Source of the DNA: Paramoeba atlantica | Lineage: Eukaryota; Protista; Discosea | Direction: 5' to 3' | NCBI GenBank assembly: GCA_977017575.1 | Contig: CDRNVI010000024.1 | Coordinates: 186,001 to 250,000 of the forward strand | DNA length: 64,000 bases | Shown here: positions 22,541 through 32,988 of the stretch, in pieces | Numbering within the stretch: position 1 is the first letter of the stretch | Layout: each line of letters starts with the position of its first letter | The notes under the pieces: model-generated | What the model saw: the letters and a program-made list of their open reading frames with translations, nothing else | Databases searched by the model: none | Told to the model about the DNA's origin: nothing | Program-made: the position numbers and the translations under genes

Positions 22541-24640
22541 TTACTCCAAAACCTTCTTCTTTCTTCGATGTCTTACTTCAAGTGGATCAAAACCTTTTTC
22601 AGAGGCCCCATAGACGGCCCAAGTCGGAGTTGGGGCAGCGTAGTCCATAGAAGTGAACGGTTCGGACCCCAACGCAAGATTATAAAACTTGTCATAATCA
22701 ATCCAAGTGTGCCATACGCCTTCTATCAAGTACTCCCGCTTGGCCAGCAAAACACAACAGGAATGTTCATGCTCACATGCAATAAGATAATTCTGCCCAA
22801 TTTTCTCTTGCAGCAGCTTGCAGAATTCTATCACCTCCTCGTGATAAGGCACGTTTGCCATGGATACTCCACCCGCTCCGGAGTCCCCACAATAAGTCAC
22901 TCCCTTGACCTCGATAAAATCTGGACGTCCGACCGCCACCAGTGAGGCGTAGTCACCAAGCTCCTGGGTGTTGTACTGTTTGACTAGAGTCAATCGGTAT
23001 ACCGTGCGCTGCTTTTTGTCGGCTAAAATTTTAAGACTGCTAAGAAACCTCTCCCAAAAGTCCTCGAAAATAGGGCGGTCAATCTTCTTGAGTGAGGTTT
23101 TGTTACCGGCATCAACCGACACATACAGTTGCGTCACTGGGGTAAGGCGTTCAATACAGTCAGGAAATTGTGCATTCGTTACCATAAAAGTGCTAATTCC
23201 ATTTTCATGCATCATTTGCACCAGCGTGTTAATCTCGGGGTAAATAATGGGCTCCCCGACGAGAGACAACGCGCAGTGCCGAATTTTCATCGCTTGTTGC
23301 ATTCGCTCTGGCGTTACCCCTGGTGCCCCTTTAAGTATTTTAATCATACGGCGATGATTCTGTAGAGCACTGTCCAACAGGAAGCTCGGTTTGTCGTGTT
23401 TCCATTTCCATTCTCGGGCGGTCGGGTTGGTGTGATGACGCCAGCAAAAGACACATTTGTTCGCACATGCCAGCGAGGGAGTCATCTCCATACACGAGAG
23501 GGAGGAGATTCCGTAGAACGTGTGCTTGTAACATCCCCCACGTCCGCGAAGCATTGATTTGGTCCATCGACAGAGTTTTACACCACTGTGCGTACCAAAG
23601 AGTGAGTACCCTTGCTTGGTTAATCCTGCTCGAATTCTTGGATTGATCATTTCCGACGTTTCCTTCTCACCCACCATGTCCTCAATGTCCAACTCAGAGG
23701 ATTTTCGTTCCTCGTATTCTTCATTGTCATCCGAGTCTTCGGTTTCTGCATCAACAGGAGAATTTACGTCTAGTAGTGAGCTGTCAGATTTCCCAACCAC
23801 AGGCTGTGAAATTCCAAGTGCATTCATAATCCCACGTAAAAACTGCAGTGCATCTTCATCGGTAGATGTTTCATCAGAAAGAAATGGAGCACTGAGTAGT
23901 GGTAGAGCACCCTTCTTCGGAAGCATAGAAAATGCTTTCTTGGCAAACGCGTTGTAATTGTTTCCGTAAACTCTTGATCCACACCCGAATACAGCGAAAT
24001 ACGTAGAATTCCATGCATTGGCCGGCAATCTAAAGTCACGCGTGGCATCTGTAAGCACTTCATAAAATAGTTTCCCCGTCGGAGGGGCTTCTCCATTTTC
24101 GTAAGTCGAGACAACAAATATGTTAAACGTAACACGGGATTTCGACCGCAGCGAGTGAACTTCATATGTGGAATCGTGTTCAGAACATCTGGGTGTTGCA
24201 TTAGGATCCGTTCTCGCATTCGATGAGCTTTCCTGGCACGTACATGCTGAATTAGTGCACCCGTTTTGTGACTTCGTATTTGGAGCGATTAGCACAGAGG
24301 AGCCGGTCATAGATTCCACATCAAAGTTTTCAATCGATAGGACTTTGCACTCCGGCGGGGTATAGTCCTCAGATAGCTTAGACACAAAATAACTTCTAAA
24401 GTTCTCCTTCATTTTCTCAGCAAGTTGTACGGCAACGCGACGTGCAGTTCCGCCATGCGAGGCATACCAAATATATATTTCTGTGAACTCTGGCATATTC
24501 TTTGCAGGAGATTCTATTCCTTTTTTCCAGCACAGATGACGGTACACAAAAGAGGAAACTACGACTCCGACGGCTGCCACTATTCCTTTTATGGCTGTTC
24601 TCACAAGCGAGTCTTTTCCAGGCGCTATACTGTGCACCAT
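22541..24640 (-). CDS. TYW1: tRNA wybutosine synthesis protein TYW1
   Basis: N-terminal TM, flavodoxin domain, radical SAM CANKCVFC, GGCYKHTFYGI, ALSLVGEP. Confidence 0.96.
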   Translation of the reverse strand: MVHSIAPGKDSLVRTAIKGIVAAVGVVVSSFVYRHLCWKKGIESPAKNMPEFTEIYIWYASHGGTARRVAVQLAEKMKENFRSYFVSKLSEDYTPPECKVLSIENFDVESMTGSSVLIAPNTKSQNGCTNSACTCQESSSNARTDPNATPRCSEHDSTYEVHSLRSKSRVTFNIFVVSTYENGEAPPTGKLFYEVLTDATRDFRLPANAWNSTYFAVFGCGSRVYGNNYNAFAKKAFSMLPKKGALPLLSAPFLSDETSTDEDALQFLRGIMNALGISQPVVGKSDSSLLDVNSPVDAETEDSDDNEEYEERKSSELDIEDMVGEKETSEMINPRIRAGLTKQGYSLFGTHSGVKLCRWTKSMLRGRGGCYKHTFYGISSLSCMEMTPSLACANKCVFCWRHHTNPTAREWKWKHDKPSFLLDSALQNHRRMIKILKGAPGVTPERMQQAMKIRHCALSLVGEPIIYPEINTLVQMMHENGISTFMVTNAQFPDCIERLTPVTQLYVSVDAGNKTSLKKIDRPIFEDFWERFLSSLKILADKKQRTVYRLTLVKQYNTQELGDYASLVAVGRPDFIEVKGVTYCGDSGAGGVSMANVPYHEEVIEFCKLLQEKIGQNYLIACEHEHSCCVLLAKREYLIEGVWHTWIDYDKFYNLALGSEPFTSMDYAAPTPTWAVYGASEKGFDPLEVRHRRKKKVLE

Positions 24641-24899
24641 ATTTCTAGAGCAATACACCTATCAAAATGAAAACCAATAGGACAATAAAGAGCATCACTT
24701 ACATAAAGAGTAGTTTCCAATGTAACAAACCATTAACAATTGCACAAAGAAAAAAATACTCGTCACAGTTCACATGAACTACATGTACTCGAAACTAGAT
24801 GACATCTAATTTCTACATCTGATCTCGTACATCTGATGTACGTGCCACATCCTTGTGTGAGAGAAAATCCCCTTTTCAACGCAAGTAAAACACGGCGCA

Positions 24900-27161
24900 T
24901 TACTGTATTACAGGCGACTCATCACTCTTTAAGGTGCGGCAAAACGCACATTTGGTAATTTTACGCAGCTCGCCGCTCTCATCTTGGTGGCGCTCAAATT
25001 GGAAATTCATTTTCCGGCACGCCAGACATACCCAGTCCCCAATTTTCCCAGGAAAATCTTTTTTCGAAGGATCCCAGGGAATTACACGACTCTGTGACGA
25101 GCGTGCCGTGTTGCAATAAAAACACCAGTAGCATGCACTCATGTTCAGCTCCCCACACTGAGACGCCGAGCAGTACCACGACCCTGGTCGTGGCTTCAGT
25201 TGGAACACCACCTTCCCCGCACCCAGCAACGGTCTTCTCGGTTTTTCCCCTTCCCCCCTTCCCGTTTCCGCCCTCACGTGCTCACTACACACAAACCGCA
25301 ACCCCTTCTCCTCCTTCAGCCTTGCAATCTCCCTCTCCAGCGCATACCCAAACGGATCCAGCGCCACACTCTCCTCGGAACACCGAAACTCCGCTTTACA
25401 CACAAACACCCCCTCCGCCCCCGGCTCCGCCGCCTCCACCCTCTCCACATACGGTCGGTACCGTACCACATGGTGGCGCGCACACCTCACCCGCACCACT
25501 CCCGATTTCCCCCCACCCCCCCTCACCACCCCCACGCCCTCCCCCTCACGTCGTCCGCTCCCCCCCAACCGTTCGGATCTCACCCCATCCCCTCCTCCTT
25601 CTTCTTCCCCTTCCTCTTCACCCCCCTGTACCTCCGTACCCCCCTCTACCCCTCTCCCCCCCCTACACGGCTTCCACGGCCCACACACCCACAGCCCCTT
25701 CCCCCTCCCCTCCCCCCCCTCCCCCGTCGCGTCCCCCCTCCCCCCCCTCAGCCGCCCCCACACCATGTCACACAGCCGCCGCCGTTCCCGGTGCGTGCTG
25801 CAGTGGACCATGGCGTTGTAGGAGTACGGGGTGCGGGCCTGGAGCTTGTGCTGGGTGAGCCCGCGGCAGGGACGGGCCAGGGTACACGCGTAGAACGGGG
25901 AAGGGGGAGGGGGAGGGGAGGGAGCAGGGGTAGTGGTGGAGGCAGTAGTAGGGGGAGTGGATGGATTGCGAGTAGTAGTGGTGCATGGAGTAGTGGTGGT
26001 AGTAGAGGAAGAAGAGGAAGGGGGTGTAGTAGTGGATGGAGCAGTGGTGGATGGATTACGAGTAGTAGTCGTGGGTGGCGTAGTGGTAGTAGTGGTGGAT
26101 GGAGTAGTCGTGGTAGTGGATGGAGCAGTGGTAGTAGTAGTAGTGGACGGAGCAGTCGCAGTGGATGGAGTAGTCGTAGTAGTGGATGGATTACGAGTAG
26201 TGGTCGTGGATGGCGTAGTGGTAGTAGTCGTGGATGGATTGCGAGTAGTAGTAGTAGTAGTAGTGGATGGATTACGAGTAGTGGTCGTGGATGGCGTAGT
26301 GGTAGTAGTGGTGGATGGATTGCGAGTAGTAGTAGTAGTAGTAGTGGATGGATTACGAGTAGTGGTAGTAGTGGACGGAGTAGTAGTAGTAGTGGTGGAT
26401 GGAGTAGTCGTAGTAGTGGATGGAGCAGTGGTAGTAGTAGTGGATGGAGTAGGGGTAGGAGTAGTACCACTCAAACAGACCAGGAAGGAAGGACCGTCGC
26501 TACGTCCCCAGTTGTGTACGGAGCATTTGTAGGGGAGAGGGGAGGGGGTTGGGGGAGAGGAGAGGGGCGTGGATAGGAACGAGGGGGGTAGGGTTGTGGG
26601 GGTTGAAGGTGGGGTGGGTGGAGGGGTGTGGGGTCCTGGATTCGCTGTTGTGTGAGGTGAGGGGGTACACATATCGGGATGGGCGTCTTGGGAGGTGAGG
26701 AGGGGTTGGGCTTTGGTTGGGGTTGTGGCGTATGCGTTGGGTTGGGTTCGAATACAAGGAGAGGAGGTCTTGCAACGGTAGTGGATCACGTTTACGGTGG
26801 AAGAGGAGCTTGAGCAGAGAGATCGGGAGGAGAGGGCGAGTTTCTCCTCCACTTCCTGGGCGTTGAGTACGCCAGGGATGTCGTACCCGCGAGGACACCA
26901 AATAGTGTCGTGCTGGTCGCTGATGATGTCTTCTAACATGGGTTGCATGGCGTGGATCGGGCGGCTGCGACCGTGGATGCCGCAGGTGACGTACGCGTCG
27001 CTTGAGGGTCGGTTGCGGAGGATGGAGGTTGAGTGCGATGTGTAGCGACACGGGCGAAGGAAAAGGAGATTTGCTGGAACCAAGGCAGTATGGAGCACTC
27101 GTGTAGGAGGCATTATTGGTAGTAGCCGGAAGCATGGGCAAATTGAGGGTACACACTTCAT
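24900..27161 (-). CDS. Protein with four C-x2-H-x3-R..C-x5-C modules, a Thr/Pro tract and two RanBP2-type zinc fingers
   Basis: GSWYCSASQCGELN...C..C and GDWVCLACRKMNF..C..C at the C-terminus; repeated Cys/His modules; presequence-like N-terminus. Confidence 0.75.
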   Translation of the reverse strand: MKCVPSICPCFRLLPIMPPTRVLHTALVPANLLFLRPCRYTSHSTSILRNRPSSDAYVTCGIHGRSRPIHAMQPMLEDIISDQHDTIWCPRGYDIPGVLNAQEVEEKLALSSRSLCSSSSSTVNVIHYRCKTSSPCIRTQPNAYATTPTKAQPLLTSQDAHPDMCTPSPHTTANPGPHTPPPTPPSTPTTLPPSFLSTPLSSPPTPSPLPYKCSVHNWGRSDGPSFLVCLSGTTPTPTPSTTTTTAPSTTTTTPSTTTTTTPSTTTTTRNPSTTTTTTTRNPSTTTTTTPSTTTTRNPSTTTTTTTRNPSTTTTTTPSTTTTRNPSTTTTTPSTATAPSTTTTTTAPSTTTTTPSTTTTTTPPTTTTRNPSTTAPSTTTPPSSSSSTTTTTPCTTTTRNPSTPPTTASTTTPAPSPPPPPSPFYACTLARPCRGLTQHKLQARTPYSYNAMVHCSTHRERRRLCDMVWGRLRGGRGDATGEGGEGRGKGLWVCGPWKPCRGGRGVEGGTEVQGGEEEGEEEGGGDGVRSERLGGSGRREGEGVGVVRGGGGKSGVVRVRCARHHVVRYRPYVERVEAAEPGAEGVFVCKAEFRCSEESVALDPFGYALEREIARLKEEKGLRFVCSEHVRAETGRGEGEKPRRPLLGAGKVVFQLKPRPGSWYCSASQCGELNMSACYWCFYCNTARSSQSRVIPWDPSKKDFPGKIGDWVCLACRKMNFQFERHQDESGELRKITKCAFCRTLKSDESPVIQ
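25190..26720. other. C-to-G skew-switch island (pivot about 25830)
   Basis: Extreme poly-C at 25500-25760, poly-G/GT at 25900-26720. Confidence 0.9.
25925..26470 (-). repeat. Imperfect coding tandem repeat (TTTTTPS / TTTTRNPS / TTTTAPS)
   Basis: + strand gtagtagtagtggatgga(ttacga) units, in frame in the 24900-27161 ORF. Confidence 0.9.
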
Positions 27162-27555
27162 CGAATAGGAAAACAGTTAATGAAGGTCAAAATGAAGCCG
27201 TAGAAAACATAGTAATTTTATTCATGTTGATTTAATTTATCAAAACAACCGTCAAAATGAGAAGGTAAAACACAGTTTTCGGCAGTCTGCAAGATGTTCT
27301 TGCAAAAAAGGTTAGAGATGAGGTTTTGCCACAGCAAAAAGTGGAAAGACAGATAAGAAAAGCCCATGAGACTTGTTCCGCCCAAACGCCCGCATAGCCC
27401 GCGTAGTGTCCTTCGACGAGGCAAAAACCTTCCTGTACTGTTTTTAATTTGCATGAGGTCACGTTTTGTGTCTACTTGTAGCTCATTCCAACTATTAAAA
27501 TATTACACAGCCAAGATCATCAACGAGGATCTTACTCCTACCACCAAGCACTCCT

Positions 27556-29040
27556 TTAAAGTTTAGACAACGATTTCCGTAATCGCGCACGCTCGCGGTC
27601 CAGCCTTTGCAACTCCTGCTGTATAGTTTTCTTCTTCGCGGCGCCGTTCTTTGGGTCGAGATCTACCGTCATCTCCCGCACAGCTCGCCATAGTCCTCCT
27701 CGCAAGTCAACCACTTTCCGTATCGACGTCGCAAGTTTAATAGGCATGGTAATAAAATGATCATACCAAGAAAGAATCAGCGCGTCGGTAATTCCATACA
27801 TACCTTCATGCACGGCGAGCATGGCAAGTTGGGAGCAGAAGGCGGAGTCACTACTGGTCGGGGGACAGGCACGTATAATGTACGAGGGGTCGATGTACTT
27901 TACGGTCGCGATGGTGTACTTCTCCGCGCGTGCCTTCATGTACGCGTTAATCTTTCGCTGCAGCACCTCCCCAATGTCAATCAGCTTTACATTTCCACTA
28001 GCATCCTTTCCTCGCGACGGGGTGTCATGCTGCCAGTGTTGTCCGAACCCTTCAGCGACGACAACCACACAGTGCGGGGACTTGCGGAAGCGCTCCTCCA
28101 GGAGCTTAAAGAACGTTTCTTCGGAGATGGGAGACTCTGGAATCAGACAGATATGCGCCGCAGCACTCGCCAGCACAGCCTGGGCAGCAATAAAACCGCT
28201 GTGACGTCCCATCACTTTTACCAGCCCGACACCGTAGAGGTGACTGCTGGCCTCACTGTACGCACAACGGATCACGTTCACCGCCTGCTCCACAGCCGTC
28301 TCAAACCCAAACGTGCGGTGGCAGAAACTAATATCGTTATCAATCGTTTTCGGAATCCCCACGACAGAGAGATCAAGTCCCCTACGCTTCGCCTCCGCGG
28401 CAATCCGCGAGGCCCCGCGCTGGGTGCCATCCCCTCCAACGGTAAACAAAATATTCACCCCGTAGAACGCCAACGTGTCCACCATCTCCTGTGGACTCTG
28501 CGGTCCGCGGCTGGTACCAAGAAACGACCCGCCCTCACTTTGGATCCGCTGCACCGCGTCATGGGTGAGTTCCATTGCGGTGGATCGCCCCGCCCGGCTA
28601 AGTCCCCAGTACCCAAACCGGAAGCCATAAATCTTACGAATGTTGTAACCCTCGACGGCGCTGTTCACGATGCCTCGGATCACGTCATTTAGCCCAGGAC
28701 ACAGCCCCCCACAGGTGACGACCCCAATCACCGTCTTCTCCGGGTTGAAATGGAGATCCGCTCGAGGCCCGGCCAGGCGCATTTGCCAACGGTGAGCCAC
28801 AGAGACATTGGGCCCCACCAGCGGGTTGGCTAGAATTTTCGAATCCTCCGGGAGAAACAGCCCGTGTCGCATCCAGGACTTCTTGGCGAGTGCGAGGGGG
28901 TTGGGATAGCGAGGGGTGCGGACAGGGAGGCGGGAGACCTCAAAGTCGTTCTGGGAGAGATGTTCGAGACCCATCTCGTGGTCACCGAGGAGTCGGGTGG
29001 GTTGGGTGATGGTGGCAGGGGTGGGCGTGGGAGCGGACAT
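27556..29040 (-). CDS. PFK: ATP-dependent 6-phosphofructokinase, kinetoplastid type, PTS1 (SKL)
   Basis: TCGGLCPGLNDVIR, GGDG (Gly = ATP type within the PPi-family fold), PKTIDND, MGRHSGFIA; ends LSKL*. Confidence 0.96.
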   Translation of the reverse strand: MSAPTPTPATITQPTRLLGDHEMGLEHLSQNDFEVSRLPVRTPRYPNPLALAKKSWMRHGLFLPEDSKILANPLVGPNVSVAHRWQMRLAGPRADLHFNPEKTVIGVVTCGGLCPGLNDVIRGIVNSAVEGYNIRKIYGFRFGYWGLSRAGRSTAMELTHDAVQRIQSEGGSFLGTSRGPQSPQEMVDTLAFYGVNILFTVGGDGTQRGASRIAAEAKRRGLDLSVVGIPKTIDNDISFCHRTFGFETAVEQAVNVIRCAYSEASSHLYGVGLVKVMGRHSGFIAAQAVLASAAAHICLIPESPISEETFFKLLEERFRKSPHCVVVVAEGFGQHWQHDTPSRGKDASGNVKLIDIGEVLQRKINAYMKARAEKYTIATVKYIDPSYIIRACPPTSSDSAFCSQLAMLAVHEGMYGITDALILSWYDHFITMPIKLATSIRKVVDLRGGLWRAVREMTVDLDPKNGAAKKKTIQQELQRLDRERARLRKSLSKL

Positions 29041-29095
29041 GGAGGAATGTGTTGGGGAGGGGAGAAAAGGGAAGGGACGTAGGAAGGAAAGGACC
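28330..29095. other. Weaker C-to-G skew-switch island (PFK 5' end)
   Basis: G-rich 28890-29095, moderately C-rich 28330-28740. Confidence 0.6.
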
Positions 29096-29256
29096 TAGTG
29101 TTGTGTTTTGTTGTACGTGTTTTTTTAGAAGAACGCAGAAAGCAAAATGTTGGTTTACTCTATGATGGTTTCCTAAAGTAATGGAATTATAAAAACATAT
29201 GAAGCGGCTATGATTTTCGTTTAATGGTGTCATGAAAAAAACTGACAACTTTTTCT

Positions 29257-32040
29257 CTACGTTGTAGATTGCGGACGTAGAGGGTGGTTTTGAGGAATCT
29301 CACTTGGGGTCGTATTCACCTCTTCAAAGCCTTCTTGACGAAAAGGCCGTGCCCCAAGCACACGAATAATATCATCGCGAGTGAGAAGTTCGTACGTTAA
29401 AAGGTGTTGCGCAATCTCCTCTGTTTGCTTTTCGTGCTCGCGGACGATCTTCATGGTCTTCTGGAACGCTCGGTCTACCAATTCTTTGGCCTCTGCATCC
29501 AGTTTTTGTGCCGTCTCATCGGAGTATCTCTTGGCCGATATCATATCGTCCTGACCGGGAGGGCGAAGACTGGTAGAGGACAGCCCCGGAACCCGTCCGT
29601 ACAGCCCAACCAGGGCATAGGCGAGACGATACACCTTTGTGAGATCATCCTGAGCACCGGTCGAGAGATGGTTAAAAAACACAAGCTCTGCCACACGGCC
29701 TCCCAAGCACACGCAAAGGTCGTCGTACATCTCTTTTTCCGTCTGCAGGCTGTGCTCCGTGGGGAGATACTGCGCGTAGCCCAGCGCCTTCCCACCTCGC
29801 GGAACAATGGAAACCTTCATCAGGGGATCGGCACGCTCCAGAAACCACCCGACTACGGCGTGACCGGCTTCGTGATGGGCCACCACACGACGTTCAAACG
29901 CGGACAAAACCTGGGCGCGCTTCTCAATTCCAGCCAGGACCCGGTCCGCGGCCTTTTCCAGGCAAATCAGATCGATAAAACACATCGAATGACGCGCAGC
30001 CAGAATCGCGGCCTCGTTACAAACGTTGCGAATATCCGCCCCGGTGAATCCAGGACAAATCTGTGCCATACGCTTGGCAAAGTTTTCCACCACAGACATG
30101 TTATTTTTTATGATCGGACGCAATGATATGTTGGCAGAGACGAGATCAGGATGAGGAGAGAGGGGATCCCTTTTCAGCACGGGGACAGTTACTGGGATTG
30201 GCTCCGTTACCTTTTCGGAATTCTCTGACAGTGCATCCTCTAGACGAGTCGGTTCAAACTTGTGCTCGCGTAATTTCGGCTTGTCATCGCCTTTTTTGGC
30301 TGATCCCGAGTTTGCATCCACAAGAGATTTTTCAGCACGCTCCCTTGTGAGTAATTCCTCTTTCTTGCGTTCCTCTTCTCGAAAAATAAAATCTGGATTA
30401 AGAGGATCCTGGTACGACAAACTCGGGACTAGATTCACCTTTTCCAAATAGTATGTAAAAAGCTCTTCGCGCTCCTTAATTAATGGCTTGTCAATGTTTA
30501 CCATGCGATCAAGACGACCGGGACGTACCAGCGCGGGATCTAGAACACTTACGGGCGCATTGGTGGAGGCGATCGTGATGACGTTAGCCTTGGAGTTGAA
30601 CCCGTCCAAACAGGCAAGGAGTTGGTTTAGGGTGTGCTCTCTTTCCTGTCCTCCCCCACGTAAATCCCCGGTTCGCTTCATTCCGATCGCGTCCACTTCG
30701 TCGATGTACACAATACACGGAGCAAAGCGCTGAGCTTGCTCATAAAGTTTTCGTACGCGGAGTGCACCCATGCCAGCGTAGAGCTCCACGAAATCACTGC
30801 CGCAGCAGGCAATGAATTTAGCCTTGGCTTCACCCGCCATCGCTTTGGCCAGCAACGTCTTGCCCACACCAGGAGGACCGAGTAACAGTGCTCCGTTTGG
30901 AATCTTCGCGCCAAGCGCAAGAAACCGAGAAGGGTTACCTAGAAACTCAACGAATTCGGACACTTCTCTTTTGGCCTCATACATCCCCACCACGTCGCGG
31001 AAACTCATTTGACTCGTAGCGGGCTGAAACTGAATCGAATTTTTAATGTCCATCATCTTATTTCCGGACCGGCTTCCGGAACCCCCGGGCGACATTCCCA
31101 TGGGAGGCATCATCGGGCGCATATAGGAGCTCAGCAGCAAGGGGACATACAGCAGCGGGACCACCCACACCAGTACACCCAGTGCAGTTACCCCCCACTC
31201 CGACCAGGAGGTGTACTTATATTTTGCTGTGATGCTCTCCCCGTGAGATTTCTGAGCCAATGGCAGCATGAATGTGTCAAAGTAACTCACATCGGGGATA
31301 GTGGTGTAGTAGAAAGACACGAACGCTCCTGGCTCGTACCACTGAACATAGGTGTTATACACCGTACAGCGATCGAAACGTAGTGGAGTGCTGTCGTGCT
31401 GGTTTCGCAGTACCTCCTCTAAGGATACGGCGTATCCCTTTGGGAGGCTAAAGTAGTAGAAAATTAAGGACAGAACGGCGAAACGAAGTAGCAGATTTCG
31501 CACCACTCGGTAAATATCATCGTTGTCTTCCTCTGCCTCTGGTTCTTGGGATCTGTTGCTGTTTTTGTCCTGATCAGATTTCCCGGAATTTCCTGGAAGT
31601 TTGGGACCAGAAGTTTTCCGTATATGAATATTTCCAGCCGATTTCCCCAAGTGGCTTTGCGAAATAGAACCGAATACTTTCCATTGTGATCCGGAAAGAC
31701 AGTCAGAAGAAATGTGAGATCTTTTTAGTGCTGTGCTAGTAGGTGAATGTTCGACAGCACATAAAGATGACTCCATGGGAGGATTGTCGCAACTTCGTAA
31801 ATTTGTAGAACCAAGAGCAGAGGATTTTCGTACTTCATTGAAAAGCACCCGAAGATCTGATGAAAAAATATTTCCAATAAGTCCTCTTGCATCCGTGTTC
31901 GATAACAACTTGTTTCTCAACAACGATAATCTCAAGTGTAGTCCCGCTACGTAGCTTCTCATATTAAATGTGCCACGCCTGGTAGGAAGAGCTTTGAAAC
32001 AAAGTCGCACTACTGGAGCTCTTGCGCAATCACCAGTCAT
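29257..32040 (-). CDS. ftsH: Mitochondrial FtsH/AFG3-like (m-AAA) metalloprotease
   Basis: Two TM segments, GPPGVGKT, YIDEVD, RPGRLDR, HEAGH, STGAQDDL. Confidence 0.95.
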   Translation of the reverse strand: MTGDCARAPVVRLCFKALPTRRGTFNMRSYVAGLHLRLSLLRNKLLSNTDARGLIGNIFSSDLRVLFNEVRKSSALGSTNLRSCDNPPMESSLCAVEHSPTSTALKRSHISSDCLSGSQWKVFGSISQSHLGKSAGNIHIRKTSGPKLPGNSGKSDQDKNSNRSQEPEAEEDNDDIYRVVRNLLLRFAVLSLIFYYFSLPKGYAVSLEEVLRNQHDSTPLRFDRCTVYNTYVQWYEPGAFVSFYYTTIPDVSYFDTFMLPLAQKSHGESITAKYKYTSWSEWGVTALGVLVWVVPLLYVPLLLSSYMRPMMPPMGMSPGGSGSRSGNKMMDIKNSIQFQPATSQMSFRDVVGMYEAKREVSEFVEFLGNPSRFLALGAKIPNGALLLGPPGVGKTLLAKAMAGEAKAKFIACCGSDFVELYAGMGALRVRKLYEQAQRFAPCIVYIDEVDAIGMKRTGDLRGGGQEREHTLNQLLACLDGFNSKANVITIASTNAPVSVLDPALVRPGRLDRMVNIDKPLIKEREELFTYYLEKVNLVPSLSYQDPLNPDFIFREEERKKEELLTRERAEKSLVDANSGSAKKGDDKPKLREHKFEPTRLEDALSENSEKVTEPIPVTVPVLKRDPLSPHPDLVSANISLRPIIKNNMSVVENFAKRMAQICPGFTGADIRNVCNEAAILAARHSMCFIDLICLEKAADRVLAGIEKRAQVLSAFERRVVAHHEAGHAVVGWFLERADPLMKVSIVPRGGKALGYAQYLPTEHSLQTEKEMYDDLCVCLGGRVAELVFFNHLSTGAQDDLTKVYRLAYALVGLYGRVPGLSSTSLRPPGQDDMISAKRYSDETAQKLDAEAKELVDRAFQKTMKIVREHEKQTEEIAQHLLTYELLTRDDIIRVLGARPFRQEGFEEVNTTPSEIPQNHPLRPQSTT

Positions 32041-32288
32041 ACTGTTTCAATTAGAAATTAGAAGAAATTGATAAAAATCTCTAACCTATCGATTCCAAAT
32101 GTTCAGACACAACATGTAATTGCTATCATATTTTTTTTACAAATACTGAAAACCTTTAACTTTGTTTTATTCTTTTCCATGCAAACTAACTGTCATAAAC
32201 TTCTCAGTAACTAAACTTCCTCTTTCCTAAATTTCAATCTTGTACGTCTCCTATACAACTTTAGGACTTCACCCGCCACATTCCCCAT

Positions 32289-32792
32289 TTAATGAATCGG
32301 CTTCGATGTGGGCTTCTTCACTACTTCCCGGGGCTTCTCGGCGAACATCTCGATATGACACGGGCTACACATGTAGGGGCCAATGCGTCCATGGGCACGG
32401 TACGTCCGACGTCGCTGCTTCATCGCACGGTGTACTGCAATATGTGAGATCACTAAGTCACCCGAGGTAAGGCCCTTGTGGTTCGCGTTAGCACGAAGAT
32501 TGCGTAAAAGTTCCAGGAGTGCATTGACGGATTTAATCGGCCATCGTCCCTTGGTCGTCTTCCACTCCTTGGCTTGCGCGGTACGACCGGTGTGTTTGCT
32601 GTGTCGGAAGAAAGGCACACAGCGCTTTCGGGACAGCACGTCTTTGAGGTAACGGCTGGCTTTGCGAAGAGAGAGGCCTCGTAGGACGTGGGCGGCGTTT
32701 CGGGTGTTTTTGTAGTGCACACGGAGATCCGACGCCTTCGCCTTCACCGAGAGCTCCTCATCCGCAGGTTTACGTGAGTAGTTCACCACCAT
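32289..32792 (-). CDS. RPL17: 60S ribosomal protein L17 (uL22)
   Basis: LRVHYKNTR, GRWPIKS, RRRTYRAHGRIGPYMCSPCHIE. Confidence 0.98.
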   Translation of the reverse strand: MVVNYSRKPADEELSVKAKASDLRVHYKNTRNAAHVLRGLSLRKASRYLKDVLSRKRCVPFFRHSKHTGRTAQAKEWKTTKGRWPIKSVNALLELLRNLRANANHKGLTSGDLVISHIAVHRAMKQRRRTYRAHGRIGPYMCSPCHIEMFAEKPREVVKKPTSKPIH

Positions 32793-32988
32793 TACGAATA
32801 AAAAAGGTTATACACGTAAAACGAAAAAAAGAATGTTTAAGATGTGAAATGAAAAAATCGTTTAATTAAATCTAGTGTGCTAACCGTACACAAGAAAATA
32901 ACAAGAACACGAAAACCATCGAGATTGAAAAGGATGAAAAAGGCAAGAGAATAAACAAGATGATTTTTTTCGTAGGAAATTACTGTAT

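Noticed and set aside
25094-26576. + strand ORFs of 199-458 aa (poly-Val, poly-Ser/Gly, poly-Pro)
   Set aside because: Antisense reads of the Thr repeat and skew arms.
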